Source: Camelus ferus
Lineage: Eukaryota
NCBI RefSeq assembly: GCF_009834535.1
Contig: NC_045697.1
Location: forward strand, 3,102,001-3,166,000
Direction of reading: 5' to 3'
Length of the DNA stretch: 64,000 bases
Shown: piece by piece, positions 23,241-34,960 of the stretch
Layout: each line of letters starts with the position of its first letter
Numbering within the stretch: the first letter of the stretch is position 1
Notes under the pieces: model-generated
Told to the model about the DNA's origin: nothing
The model's input: the letters and a program-made list of their open reading frames with translations, nothing else
Database searches by the model: none
Translations under genes and position numbers: made by a program

Positions 23241-24008
23241 ACACTCTGCATCCTGGAGGAAAGGTTTATTTTTTCATGGCTTTTCAGCTTGGTTATCTCA
23301 TAAAGCCGGAAGTATTTGGAAATAGTTTCATGACACTACTGTAGTCTGAAAGAACAGCTTCCGATCAACCCATTATGGAAAAAATATGAAAAAAAATAAT
23401 TAACTTTCAGTCCCGGGAGATATTAGAACATAGCTTTTATATGCCCTCAGACACCTCTGTTTAAAACATTTCTTTTCCATCCATGCCCACGTTGTAGCTA
23501 AATTTGTCCTCTAGTTTGTATACTTAAGGTTGTCCATTCAGTGTTCAGTGACGACCAGCCGTCAGTGAGTTCAGAGATTGGAAATCCTGGTTTCCTTGTA
23601 TCTGACCCAGGGTACAGCTGGTTGACCACGCCCATGGCCTGTGGTCTGCAGTGTCTCCGGGGCAGTAGCATGGAGAAGGCTCCATTCTGGGGCTGACTTT
23701 TAATTGTCAATTTATTAAGAAAAGGGAAAAAGATGTAGTGAGAATGATGGAGTCTTGCTCTGGATACTAGATAGTGCTGTGACAAACTAGGGGTATTTTT
23801 AGCCATGGTAGGTGGAGCTAGGTTTGGGGGCTGTCATCTAGTCTGAAACTTTCTGTCAGAAGGAGTTTATAGAAACAGCGTCTTAGGAGGAGGACACTGG
23901 GCCTCCTAGGGGGCAGGTGATGCGGAGATTTGTGACGTATCCAAAGAGAAAGAATAATACGTCTGAACACTGTTGTGGAGCCGTATGTTTTGAATGACTT
24001 TTGAAACC

Positions 24009-24469
24009 TGTGGATGAAAAATACTGCAGCCACATCAGTAAATAAAAGATGCTGCGCCATCAAGTCATCAGCCGCTACCGCCACCCCCAACAGTAAGCTG
24101 AGGGCACTCAGGACGCGGACAGGCAGGCAGCCCGCTTCTGCCGCCCCCACAGCGGTGCCCCTGAGGGAACTCTGGATGGGGAAGAACAGGACACCAGCCC
24201 TGGACAGCTAAGGTGCACATCAAAGGAACGGTTCCAGTGAGCCCAGACTTTTGCATCTTCCCATACACGGAAGAGCGCTAAATTCCTTAACCTGAGATAT
24301 CTGGTTTTCTTTAATTAACAATAAACGTTGTTGCAAAAACTGCCTTACCTCTTTAGAGTCCCTCAGAGCTATCTGAGAGACTGCCTCCTCCCAGCCTTGA
24401 TGTCCTCAGAAAGTCTGCCAAATAAAACATAACTCTTAACTTTTAGGCTGTGCATTTTTTCAGTAGACA
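24009..24469 (+). mobile_element. Complete ERV1-class solo LTR (461 bp) with 4-bp TSD
   Basis: Starts TGTGGATGAAAAA and ends TTTTTTCAGTAGACA (imperfect inverted termini, TG...CA). AACC at 24005-24008 and 24470-24473; AATAAA at 24421. Confidence 0.85.
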
Positions 24470-24693
24470 AACCTGTGAAGGAATTTCTAAAACATTTCCA
24501 GCATGGGATTCTGAGTTGCATTAACTGTGATGGTCAGGATGGCCTCTTGATGACATGTGACACGATGTTTTCTTTTGAAATCCCCTCTTCCCAGTTAATA
24601 CAGATTTATGTGTTGGGAGGTCCTAAGTTACATGAGATTTTTCTCCAGGTGGTTTAATTATTTGAGTTTTCCTGTGCTTGAACTGTGACCTTC

Positions 24694-24985
24694 TGTCTTA
24701 GTTTGTTCAGGTTGCCGTAACAGCACCATAGACTGGGGCTCTTATAAACAACAGACATTTATTTCTTACAAGTCTGGAGCCTAGAAGTCCAAGATCAAGG
24801 CGCTGGCTGATGTGGTGTCTGACGTGGACCCCCTTCTGGGGTCACAGACAGCATCTTCTTGCTGTAGTGGATTAATTAGTTCCCTTAAAAAAGACCCTCA
24901 TGACCTTATCACCTCCCACTAATAGTCACATTAGGAGTGGGTTTCAACATATGAATTTTGAGGGGACAGACATTGTCTGTAGGAC
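24694..24985 (-). mobile_element. MLT1A-like LTR (internally deleted)
   Basis: 'tgtcttagtttgttcaggttgccgtaacagcaccatagactgggg..cttataaacaacagacatttatttcttac...gggtttcaacatatgaattttgaggggacagacatt'. Confidence 0.85.
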
Positions 24986-25254
24986 CCTCTAGGAAGCTCA
25001 GGCATGCTGTGTCTTCGTGATAAAGGAGACTAAATGGATGAAAAAGAAGACAGTAATATTAATGTAAAACTGAAATCTTTAGTGCATCACCGCCACCATC
25101 ACCATGGGCACTGTCTGCCGAGTGCTCCCTGTGTCCCAGGCACCGTGCAAAATCACTTCACGTCGTATGTCTTACTCTCAGCAACTCCGCGGGGTAGGTA
25201 ATGCCCTCATTTTGCAGTTAGCACAATCAGACGGAGACGCGTGGAGACTTGAGC

Positions 25255-25472
25255 CAACAATACTGTACATTTAAAAGTTGCTAAGAAAGTAGACCTTGAA
25301 AGTTCTCACCTTAAGAAAAAAAAATCGTTAACTCTGTGTGGTGATGCCTGTTAATTTGTTAATTTGACTTACTGTGGTGATCATGTCACAGTGCACACTT
25401 ACATCAAATCATTATGTTGTAAGCCTGAAGCTAATAGCACAATGTTATTTGTCAATTACACCACAATAAACA
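25255..25472 (+). mobile_element. L1MA-type 3' end
   Basis: 'aatactgtacatttaaaagttgctaagaaagtagaccttgaaagttctcacc...tgacttactgtggtgatcat...gtcaattacaccacaataaa'. Confidence 0.8.
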
Positions 25473-26791
25473 CAATGAGATGAAGAGACAGGGAGGAACT
25501 TGCTGAAGACCCCATAGTAGGTGGAATTCCAGTGCCAACTCCACAGCCGTGCTTTTGACTAGCGTGCGGCAAGGCCCCTTGATTGGGACTGTCTGGTGTT
25601 CGACACCAAGGTGGCTGGTGTGCCCAAGAACTGTCATAATGGAGCGTCTCAGGCAGGGCACAGCTGCGGACAGGGCTGGCCGCCCCCGACTGCAGCCACA
25701 TGCAGTGACAGGTGGATATGTGTGGAACTGACGTTGAGGCTGTGATAGATGCTGTCAGAGAGGCAGGAACACAGTGCTGGGATTTCAGAGGGAGGCAGTA
25801 GGAGGCACCACCCAGGAGGCGGTTCTGGGGGGACTGCACAGGGGCAGTGGGGTTTCCACGGTGGAATGAGGCACCAAGGCTCCTCCTACTCTCTAGAGAT
25901 GCCAGCCGCCTGGGCTCACTCAGATGGCTCTCCCTGAATTCTGTTCCTTAGTGCAGCGCAAAGTAAGTTATCACAGAGAAAGTAGTCACCTCTGTGCCTG
26001 TGGATTTCTACGAGGCTGGGGTTTGGTTTTCAATGTTCAGCAGGTGGGAGCAGCCTGGCCCACCAGAGAGAAGCCTGTGTCTCCCCACTGGCTGGGCACC
26101 CGGCAGGCCTGGCACAGGGGAGTGTCAGCATGCTGGTGCCCTGGAGACTCCTGGGAATGAGAGATATTTCACCTGGAGGGACACGGCACACAGCGTCTAG
26201 CTTGTGCCCTGAGTGAGATAACCTCCCACCTGCCTCCTTCCCGAGACTGGCCCATCCTTTGTACCACAGTGGGAGGCATGGCCTCTGAAGTACTGGGGAC
26301 CTGAGAGCTGTTCTCTTGAGCCTCAGGGGGGCAGCCAGGTGTGCTGGCAGCAACACCCGCCCCGCGGGACTTGGGCTGGCGTTCTGGCTCCGCCACTCAG
26401 TTACTAACAGTGTGAATCATGGGCTTGTCAGTTTACCTTCTGTCAGTGTGTCACCAGGGAAAAGGCCAAGACAGCTGGGCTTAGTCCTCTGAGGGAAGAT
26501 GACTGGAGCAGCCTCATGACCTTGGCCACTTGGATAGAAAAGAAAGAAGGGAGAGCTTTACCCACATGGGTGACCTTGACTGCAGGAATGAAACACCAAA
26601 CGACCAGGGTGCTGGTCCCTGTCCTGGGGTAGGTGGTACATGGAACGTTCTCCCCCTGGAGGCCAATAAAGGCAACTTTGGACCCAGTGGGGCGGGGCAG
26701 GTATTTGTCCCGCTTGCCAGCCCAATGTTTCAGAGCCAGTTTTTTTTTTAAACAAAACTTTAATTTGACACATAGGTACCTTTTTCTGCTT

Positions 26792-26966
26792 ATAACAAGG
26801 ACCTACTGTATAGCACAGGAAACTACACTGTTTCTTATATTAACATATACTGGAAAAGAATCTAAAAAACAATATGTATGTAGATGTATAACTGAATCAC
26901 TTTGCTGTACACCTGAAACTAACATTGTAAATCAACTACACGTCAATAAAAAATAAAATTAAAAAA
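26792..26966 (+). mobile_element. Cetartiodactyl L1 3' tail
   Basis: 'aacaaggacctactgtatagcacagg...tataactgaatcactttgctgtacacctgaaactaacattgtaaatcaactac..caataaaaaataaaattaaaaaa'. Confidence 0.9.
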
Positions 26967-27622
26967 GAATGAGTTAAGAAAGCACATCCAAGTCTGCTAA
27001 AAACAGAAGTCTCAGCTAGTGTAGAAAATTCACTTCCTTATTATGGATCGTATGATGTGAGTGAGAAGCATGCCACACCTAAGAAAAAACGGAAACGAAA
27101 CTTGTCCATGGGCAGCACTCTGGGTACCACTGCAGTCTGTTCTCGAGGGAGTGCAAGGCGCTGGGTGCGGGGATCCCCAGCCGTCTCCTGCAGTTCCTTG
27201 TGTTTCTCCCTGGGGGATGAGGTGTGCCCGGAGGAGGGTGCTCACACCTGCTGAACACCCAGTGCTTGTCAGCTACCTTATGTATAGTGTCCCATTTTAT
27301 GCAATCTTAGAAGTAAATGTTTTTATTCAAGATGAAGATAGAGGCTTAGAGATGTTAAGAACGTTGCTCAAGGTCACGTAATTTTAAGTGGAAAAATGAA
27401 ATGCTTGATGAACTCAGGTCTTTGACCTCAAAGCCCTCGATCCTCCCTTAACGCTTGGTTCCTTCCCTGCACGGTGGGGGAGTGAATAAGGGCTCAAGTC
27501 AGGTTTTGTGGAAAGAGGGCCTGGGGGATATGAGGTCTCTCCAGACTTGGAGTCTGCCACGTTGGGCTTCTAAATTAGGGACTTGCCATCTGGAGGGAAG
27601 CCCCTGGCTTGAGACTTTTCTT

Positions 27623-28097
27623 TGTAGAACTAGACGAAGACCAGCCACATGAAAAAGGCAAAACTATTCAGAGCTGGCTTGTAGCAAGGGAGTTGGCCAC
27701 CGTCACTGCGCTTGGCAGAGACACAGAAGCAGGCAGAGGAGTAGAGAGCTTCCCAGGGGAGAAGAGGGGGCTCAGGGTGCCTGATGGGGGCTGGGGGCCT
27801 CAGGGGACCTGGCTACCAGAAAAGCGGGCAACCCAGGTGACTGGTCAGGGGCAGGTTGGGCCTTCTGGGGTCTGAGTTGGAAGCAGGACGATTACGGACG
27901 TCGTCCGTTACTGATCGGATCCTGGCCGATTGTCACAGGGGTTACTGTCCGGCTCCTGGGGTGTTGCTGGAGACAGGAGCCTGACCTCGCGCGAGCCTGA
28001 CTCACAGCAGGCCGGCTCCCTGGGCGCGGCCGCGGGCTGCGGGTCAGCGCTCTGCCTTCATACGGTCTGGCCGTTGTCCGTTTATATATTATCGTCA
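27623..28097 (-). mobile_element. Probable ERV1-class solo LTR (~475 bp)
   Basis: TG...CA termini with a near-TSD TCTT (27619-27622) / TCCT (28098-28101). The minus strand starts 'tgacgataatatataaacggacaacggccagacc', resembling laurasiatherian ERV1 LTR starts as I recall them. Confidence 0.55.
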
Positions 28098-29180
28098 TCC
28101 TTCTTTAGTTGGTAAAAATATTAAATACCAAATTAGATATGTTAGGAACTTTTTAGATGTCGTGTCTCCTAGAAGAGGTTTTTCATACTGAAATATCAGA
28201 GTGACTGTAGACTATTGGGCTTGATCCTGTGTTCAAGACGAGGAAACTGAAGCTCAGAGAGATTAGGTGGGACTCATAGTAGAAAGTTAAGCTGTGAACT
28301 GGCCTTAGGCTTCTAATGTCAATTTTTGTTTTCTTTGAAGGCAAGCCAGTATAAAACCATATATATATAATATATATAGTGTTGAAATAGAATAATAATT
28401 ATATATATATATCATATGCATAATGTATTGTATCTAAATAAAACATATGTTCTATTTAGTCCCTTTCCTGGATTGTAAGCCTTTTTTGGTGAGGGGGAGA
28501 GAATTTTCAGATTTAGAGAATTTTTTACTGAGAGTCTAGGACAGTCCTGAAAAGGCAGTGAAGATAATGCAGATGTTTCTGCTCTTTACTCTCAAAACAT
28601 TTAAATTGTCTTTTGATGTTCCAGCCCTTTTGATGTAGAGATATATTCTAAGGGAGCAGTTCAGGCCATTTGTCTTTAAGGGTTACAGTTTTCTTGGGAC
28701 AAGAAAGGGAACTTTGTTAGTAACCTTTTAGTTTGAGGAGGTCTTTTGTGTTCAGTTAATTGTCTTAGAAGATTGTTTTGGGGTACAAGTACAGTTCAGC
28801 AATGATGTTTTCTCTCTTGTTAATTAAATTATCTTTCCTTCATCTGTGATAGTGGCAGCATCAAATCTGCTTCTAAAGTCACTGGGTTTTGCTGTCATCC
28901 AGAGAAGGGTGACCCCCACATATGGACTATTGATACCAAATTATAAATTTAGTCCAAACAAATTGTACATGGTTATTTTGATATTGTCAAATTTCCCATA
29001 TATATAAGCTGAATAATATAACTCACATTTTATCAATATTTATCATATTGTGTGTAGATAAATGCATACTTATTTATTTATGATGTAGGAATCAAATAAC
29101 ACTGTGTGAAATAGCCTTTCCAACAAATTCCAGATAGCCCTCTTTATTCTTAAGGTGTGGAAATTCTACATTCATCTTCT

Positions 29181-29386
29181 AGGGGTTTGGGATTAACGTA
29201 TATACACTACTGTATATAAAATAGAAAAACAACAAGAACCTGCTGTGTAGCACAGGGAACTATGTTCTGTATCTTGTAACAGCCTATAAGAATATGAAAA
29301 GGAATATATGTATAAGTGTATGTATGGCTGAATCACTTTGCTGTGCACCTAACACTAGCACAGCTACGCTTCAATTTAAAAAAAAA
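29181..29386 (+). mobile_element. Cetartiodactyl L1 3' tail
   Basis: 'tttgggattaacgtatatacactactgtatataaaatagaaaaacaacaagaacctgctgtgtagcacagggaactat...cttcaatttaaaaaaaa'. Confidence 0.88.
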
Positions 29387-30519
29387 TTCTTGCTAAATTA
29401 GAGTAATTTGCATTCACTCATTTCAGGAGGTATTTATTGACTGCATCCTGTGTGTTGGGTGCTGTCCCAGAAGCTTTTCCTGAAGGCGTGTTTGAGACGG
29501 GGTAAGGGGGAGACAGTTCACAGGCTTGGGGCCCCGCTAGCGCAGGGAGGGAGGGCCCTGTTGGGGAGCAGAGGGCTCAGACAGGGTCTCTGGACTGTCC
29601 TGGCGACATCCATGTTTGCCGCAGTCTGGCCCTAGCTCCTGTACTGGTACATACAGTGTTCAGAGGTATTTGATTTTAGTTTTGATTCTGGCTTGCCTGA
29701 GACTGAGAGACCATTATTTAAAAGTGTCTGAGTCATGGCCTCAAAGGTTCGTGCCTCTCCAGCTGGCGTGCTCTCACCCCCAACTCCTAGGGGAGGGGAG
29801 TCACCCAGGGACTAGAGTGATTTGCCTGCAGTAAGTGGATTTGATGCTGGTTGTGCTGGATCAGACTTCCCTGCTCTTTCCCACTTGGAAGAAAATTTGT
29901 CACTTGTCTCTGGGTTTGGCTGGGGGGCTGCAGGCGTTAGAGCAAGGCCTGGCAGTTTGCTGGTTGATACCTGTGTTGTGTAAGTGCCACCAGAAAGCTT
30001 TAGGAAATGTGGAAGGAAATGGCACAGAGTCAGGGGACTGGTGCTCCGGGTCATCCGTCACTGGGTTATGATGTTCCTCTGACGGGATGGCATCAGACTC
30101 GTACACAGTGGTCTGCGGTGGCAGTGGCGCTGGCTTTCTGCTGTAGGCTGTCTCCGCTATTTTGGCAGGTTTTATTTGGGTGTCTCCTGTACAAAAGGCA
30201 TGACATCAGCTTTTGCCACCAAGTATTTATAGCAGTCGGTACCTCCTCTGTGGGTCACTTTTTGTGCTGTGGTTTCTTTAAGGAAATTGTAGCTCTCCTA
30301 TCTAAAGCACACCGCCCGTTTCAAGGTGTTCGGGATTTCTGAACACCTTGGGAGACCGGGTTTTGAATAGAGGAAGCCGGCTGTGAGGAAGTACCCCTCC
30401 ACATGTGGCAGTCTCTGACGACTGTCCAGGTGAACAGGGTCTTTGGTGGGTGTCCTGGCATTCGCGAGGCTCCAGAACCCCGGCCTTCCTCTGCCCCTTC
30501 TCGTGATTCTCCTCCTCTC

Positions 30520-30664
30520 TTGTTTTGTTTTTTTTTTCTTTTTTGGAGGGGGAGGTAATTAAGTCTATTTATTTATTTATTTGGCTAATGGAGGTACTCG
30601 GTATTGAACCCAGGACCTTGTGCATGCTAAGCACACAGTCTACCACTGAGCTATACACTCCCCC
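30520..30664 (-). mobile_element. Camelid Vic-1-type tRNA-Ala-derived SINE
   Basis: Minus strand reads ggggagtgtatagctcagtggtaga..gtgtgcttagcatgcacaaggtcctgggttcaataccgagtacctcca (A and B boxes), then (aaat)n, 'aattacctccccc' and an A-rich tail. Confidence 0.88.
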
Positions 30665-31569
30665 ACTTTTTCTTTTTTTAAACATTTCTTATTGAAAACT
30701 GAGCAAATATTTTGGTTTCCTTCATTTGCTGTTCTTTGCTAATTGTGAGCAGACTGAGCCTGGGAAAGTGAGAAAGTTTTCACTTGCCTTCAGTGATGAT
30801 AACAGCTACTCTTAGCGAGGGGCCACACATTGAGAAGTGGCTTTCAAACCTCGCAGTGAACCAACTGACATAAGATGGTGCTTATCCCCAATTAATGAGG
30901 AGGGTGTTTAGCTCAAAGTGCTTGAGGGACCCTCCCAGAGTCACACAGCTGGGAAGTGGCAAAGTAGAACCCGGCCCAGATGGTCTGAGTCAGACGGATG
31001 GTCTGATTCCAAAATGGGCTTGTACCTCCGGGAGGCCAAGACTCACACTTGGGCTGGGATGGCCGTGACGTAGCCAGCCTTTTTGCATCTTTGTTATGGA
31101 CCTTAGACGTTTACTCGAACTAAACTTTCCTGCCTTCCTTAAGTGTGAAGTATTTGAAAGTTCAGATTTCAGCCTTGCGTTTTACGGCAGAGGGAAATAA
31201 CACTGCAGACTGGCTTTGGATACAGGTAGTTATTATCCAGTCCCAGGGCTTTATAGTGATGCCCTTTCCCCCCACAATTAATGGGAAATAAAACCCTAAT
31301 TAATAGACACATGCTAATTGTTTTCATTATTACACAATTTTAGCTGTTGTTCAGGCTTTGCTTGTGCTACTTCTGTCAGCGGTATCTGATCTCATAGGTA
31401 GAAACCAGAATATTAGGGAAGAATACTTAGAGTCATACTTTTCAAACTTTCAAATTGGACATTTTACATTGTTCATTATGTAATTGGAATTAAAGCCTCA
31501 CAAAGAAAGACTTGCCTCTAACATAGATGAGGCACTAGCATATTTTAATTTCGTTAAAAAATTAAAGGC

Positions 31570-33200
31570 CAAAAAAATGAACCTTGACCTAAACCTCACA
31601 CCTTATACAAAAATTAACTCAAAATGGAGCACAGACTTAAATGTAAAATGTAAAACTATAATACTCTGGGGAAAAAACATAGAAAATCTTTGAAGTTTAG
31701 GGCTAGGCAAATAATTCTTACTTGGACTCGACACTGAAAGCACAGTCCACGAGGGGAAAAACTAATAAATTAGATTTCATCAAAATTGAAAACCCTTGCT
31801 CTGCTAAAGACTGTTGATTACCACTGGGAAGAGGGAAGGGGGAGGGGCCCGACGGGCTGGGGATTCGGGCACAGACTACTCTGTGTGAAAGAAATAAGCT
31901 ACAGGGACATGCTGTGTGGCGCAGGGAGCACAGCCAGTATTTCATGACACCTTAAAAGGAGTCTAATCTATACAAACAGTGAATTGCTATGCTGCACATC
32001 TTAAGCTAATATAATACTTAATTTAGCTATACTTCAATAAAAATAAGTAAATGAATAAACAAACATGTTTGTCACCTTGCTGGAAAAAAAAAAAAAAGAC
32101 TGTGTTAAGAGGACGAGAAGACAAGGTCCAGACCATGAGACAATATTTACAAACTGCATATATGACAAAGGACTGGTATTTAGAATATATTTTTAAAAAC
32201 TCTTAAAATTCAGCAGTCAAATAAGCAATTCAATTAGGAAACGAGTAAAAGACGTGAAGAGACATTTCATCCAAGTGGGTGTACAGATGAGAAATAAGCA
32301 CATGAAAAGATGTTCACCATCATTAGCTGTCAGGAAACTGCAGATGAAGACCGCAAGCTCTCACTACACACCTACTAGAATGGCTAAAATAAAAAATATC
32401 GACACCACCTAATGCCGGTGTGGATTTAGAGAAACTAGATCCCTCATACGGGGCTGATGGGAATATAGAATGACATAGCCACTCTGGAAAACAGTTTAGC
32501 AGTTACTTAAAAAGACAAACAAAACCCAACAAACAAACAAACAAAAAAACTAAACAGGTGACTACCATAAGACTCAGCAGTCACGCTCCTGGGCTGATGT
32601 ATCCCAAAGAAACAAATATTTCTGTTCACACAAAAACCTGGACATAAATGTTCATAGCAGCTTTATTCATAATAGCCAGAAACTGGAGACAACCCCGATG
32701 TCCTTCAGGAGGTGAGTAGGTTTGTCCCTGAAGGACATGGTACAGCCATCCCATGGAATATTACTCAGCAATAAAAAGGAATACATTAATCCATGCAACA
32801 ACCTGAGTGAATCTCCAGAGGATTATTCTGAACAACAACAACAAAAAGAGCCAATTCCCAAAGTTTACAGAGTGTATGATTCCATTTATATGACATTCTT
32901 GAAATGACAGAATTACAGAAATGATGAACAGATTGGTGGGCCAGGAGTTAAGGAGTGGGAAGGAGGTGGGAGGGAAGTGAGAGTGACTGTAAAAGAGCAA
33001 CATTGGAATCCTTGTGGTGATGAAAATGTTCTGTATTTTGACTGCATTATGGATGCAAGTATCCTGGTGTGCAACTGTACTGTGGTTTTGCAAGATGTGA
33101 CCACTGGGAGAAACTGAGTAAAGAATATATGGGATTTCTTCTTATTTCTTATAACTGCATGTAAATCTACAATTATTTCAAAATAACTTTAATTATTAAA
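31570..33200 (+). mobile_element. Old L1 (L1MC/MD-like) ORF2 end plus 3' UTR, split by a younger insertion
   Basis: 'ctcacaccttatacaaaaattaactcaaaatgg' (degenerate [11 protein letters not shown]), 'aagcacatgaaaagatgttca', 'ccactctggaaaacagttt', 'gttcatagcagctttattcataatagcc'. Confidence 0.88.
31815..32094 (+). mobile_element. L1 3' tail with an extra 3' tag and second poly(A), nested in the older L1
   Basis: TSD AAAGACTGT at 31806-31814 and 32095-32103; L1 tail '...agctatacttcaataaaaa'. Confidence 0.8.
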
Positions 33201-34779
33201 AATATTCTGGTTGCCAAGCATTCAATTGATTTCATTATCCACTGGAAATCTCTTCTAGAGAATTTAAATAAGGACTCTTGGCTTTTTGAAAATCATTAAG
33301 GTTCTTCTAAAATTTTATGTGCATGTTATAAAGAGATCTAGCAATGCAGAAAAGTACACATATAAATGCTTTAAAAAATCACTCCAACCCCACCCTTCAG
33401 AAATTACCATAAATTTAAAAAATGTAGTGTTTCCTTCACCACACGTTTAGTTTGCTTTCCTTCTGAAGACTATGGTCACAGTGATTGTCCTCATTTTGAT
33501 GTCAGGAAACCAAAACTCAGAGAAGTTAGATGACTTGATCAAAGTCAAGTACTGAGTTGGTGGCTGGGGTAACTGGCTCTTTGGCATTAAGACTCTTCCT
33601 AAAACCCTGTCTCGGGCTAGCCCCATTTCCCACCTCCCCGTCCTCCCCAGGTGTGGTCCTCTGGCCAGTGCATCTCTATCACCTGGGAGTCAGTGACAGA
33701 TGCAAATTATCATGCCCCCACCTATGGGATCAGAATTTTTGTTTTGATAAAATGATTCTGAATGATTCTAAGGATACTCTGGAGGGTTGAAGGCGCTTTA
33801 CCTTGACAGTGGTATCTGAACACAGACTGGTGCACATTAAAAAGCAGAAAAGGTGAATGAGCTTTAGCCACGACTACTGACTGCTGTTCCCTCACTGCAC
33901 TTCTTTCTGTTGCGATGCACTGACTGGTTGTTTGGTTAGTATTGGCCTCCCTTGTTCAGTTCTGAGCCCCAGTTGTTTATAGCAGGGCTCTGCCGGGTCT
34001 GGAGTAGCGTCCGGCACATGCAGGCGCTCAGATAGTTGTTGGCTAGAAAAAGGAGTCAGTGAACTTCACCTATGGATGATTACCCAGTTTCTGTCCCAGC
34101 CTCCAGTGTCTCGAGACTAGCTCTCTAATGGTCACACCCACCCTGTTTATTTACTTTCCTTCTGTCACCTTGTCTCTTCCGCAAACGTCTATTAAGCGTC
34201 TATGCTAGACTTTGGAAATCAAAAAGGATTAAGTGTGTTCCCAGCTTGAGTTGCTCCTGCATCTCAAATCCGACATATCCACGTCTTTCTTCCAAACCCT
34301 CTCCTCCTGCCCCTTACTTAGTTAACAGCGTCCTTATTCCTCAGTCTTTCAGCCAAAAAACCTCCACCATTCTTACAACCTTTCTTTCACGTCTGTGCGT
34401 CGAATTGGGCCTCACTGTACCATTTCTTTCGAATGCATTTTTTTTCTGTCTCTAGCCTCACTGTTAACGGCCCTGGGCTAGCACCACATCCTGATGCGTT
34501 TGAACTATCAAGGATTTCATTCTTTCTCTTCCTCGTCATAGAATACTTTCTGCACTTCATTTCCACATCACCACTAGAATGATCTTTCCAAAACACAAAT
34601 GAACTCTATGAGCCCTGTCTCAGACAAGTGCATGCGTTTTGTTAGAAGCGCTATCCCGTATCCTTCGGCATCCTGAGGACTCGAGGGAGACAAACCTGCT
34701 CGTTTCTAAGAACAGGCAAGAATCCCTGGAGGGGCCCGTGGAATGTCGGCAACAGTCTTGGTTCTAGAATCAAGAGGCC

Positions 34780-34960
34780 TCTTGTTCTGGCTCGAATACT
34801 AGCTGGATGTTCTGAAAGAGTTACTTAACTTCTGTGAGTTTTAGTTTCATCCTCTGAAGAAAGGGGAGTAACGAAACACACTCTACAGAGCACACAGGGT
34901 CGCTGGGCGGAGCAGATGAGATTCGTGGCGGAAATACTTTGCAACGTCAAGCGTTGCCTA
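34780..34960 (+). mobile_element. MIR SINE fragment
   Basis: 'ctagctggatgttctgaaagagttacttaacttctgtgagttttagtttcatcctctgaaga'. Confidence 0.6.

Noticed and set aside
30590..30664. Functional tRNA-Ala genes here and at 52455-52527
   Set aside because: The stems are mismatched and each is followed by a SINE linker and A-tail, so they are SINE heads.
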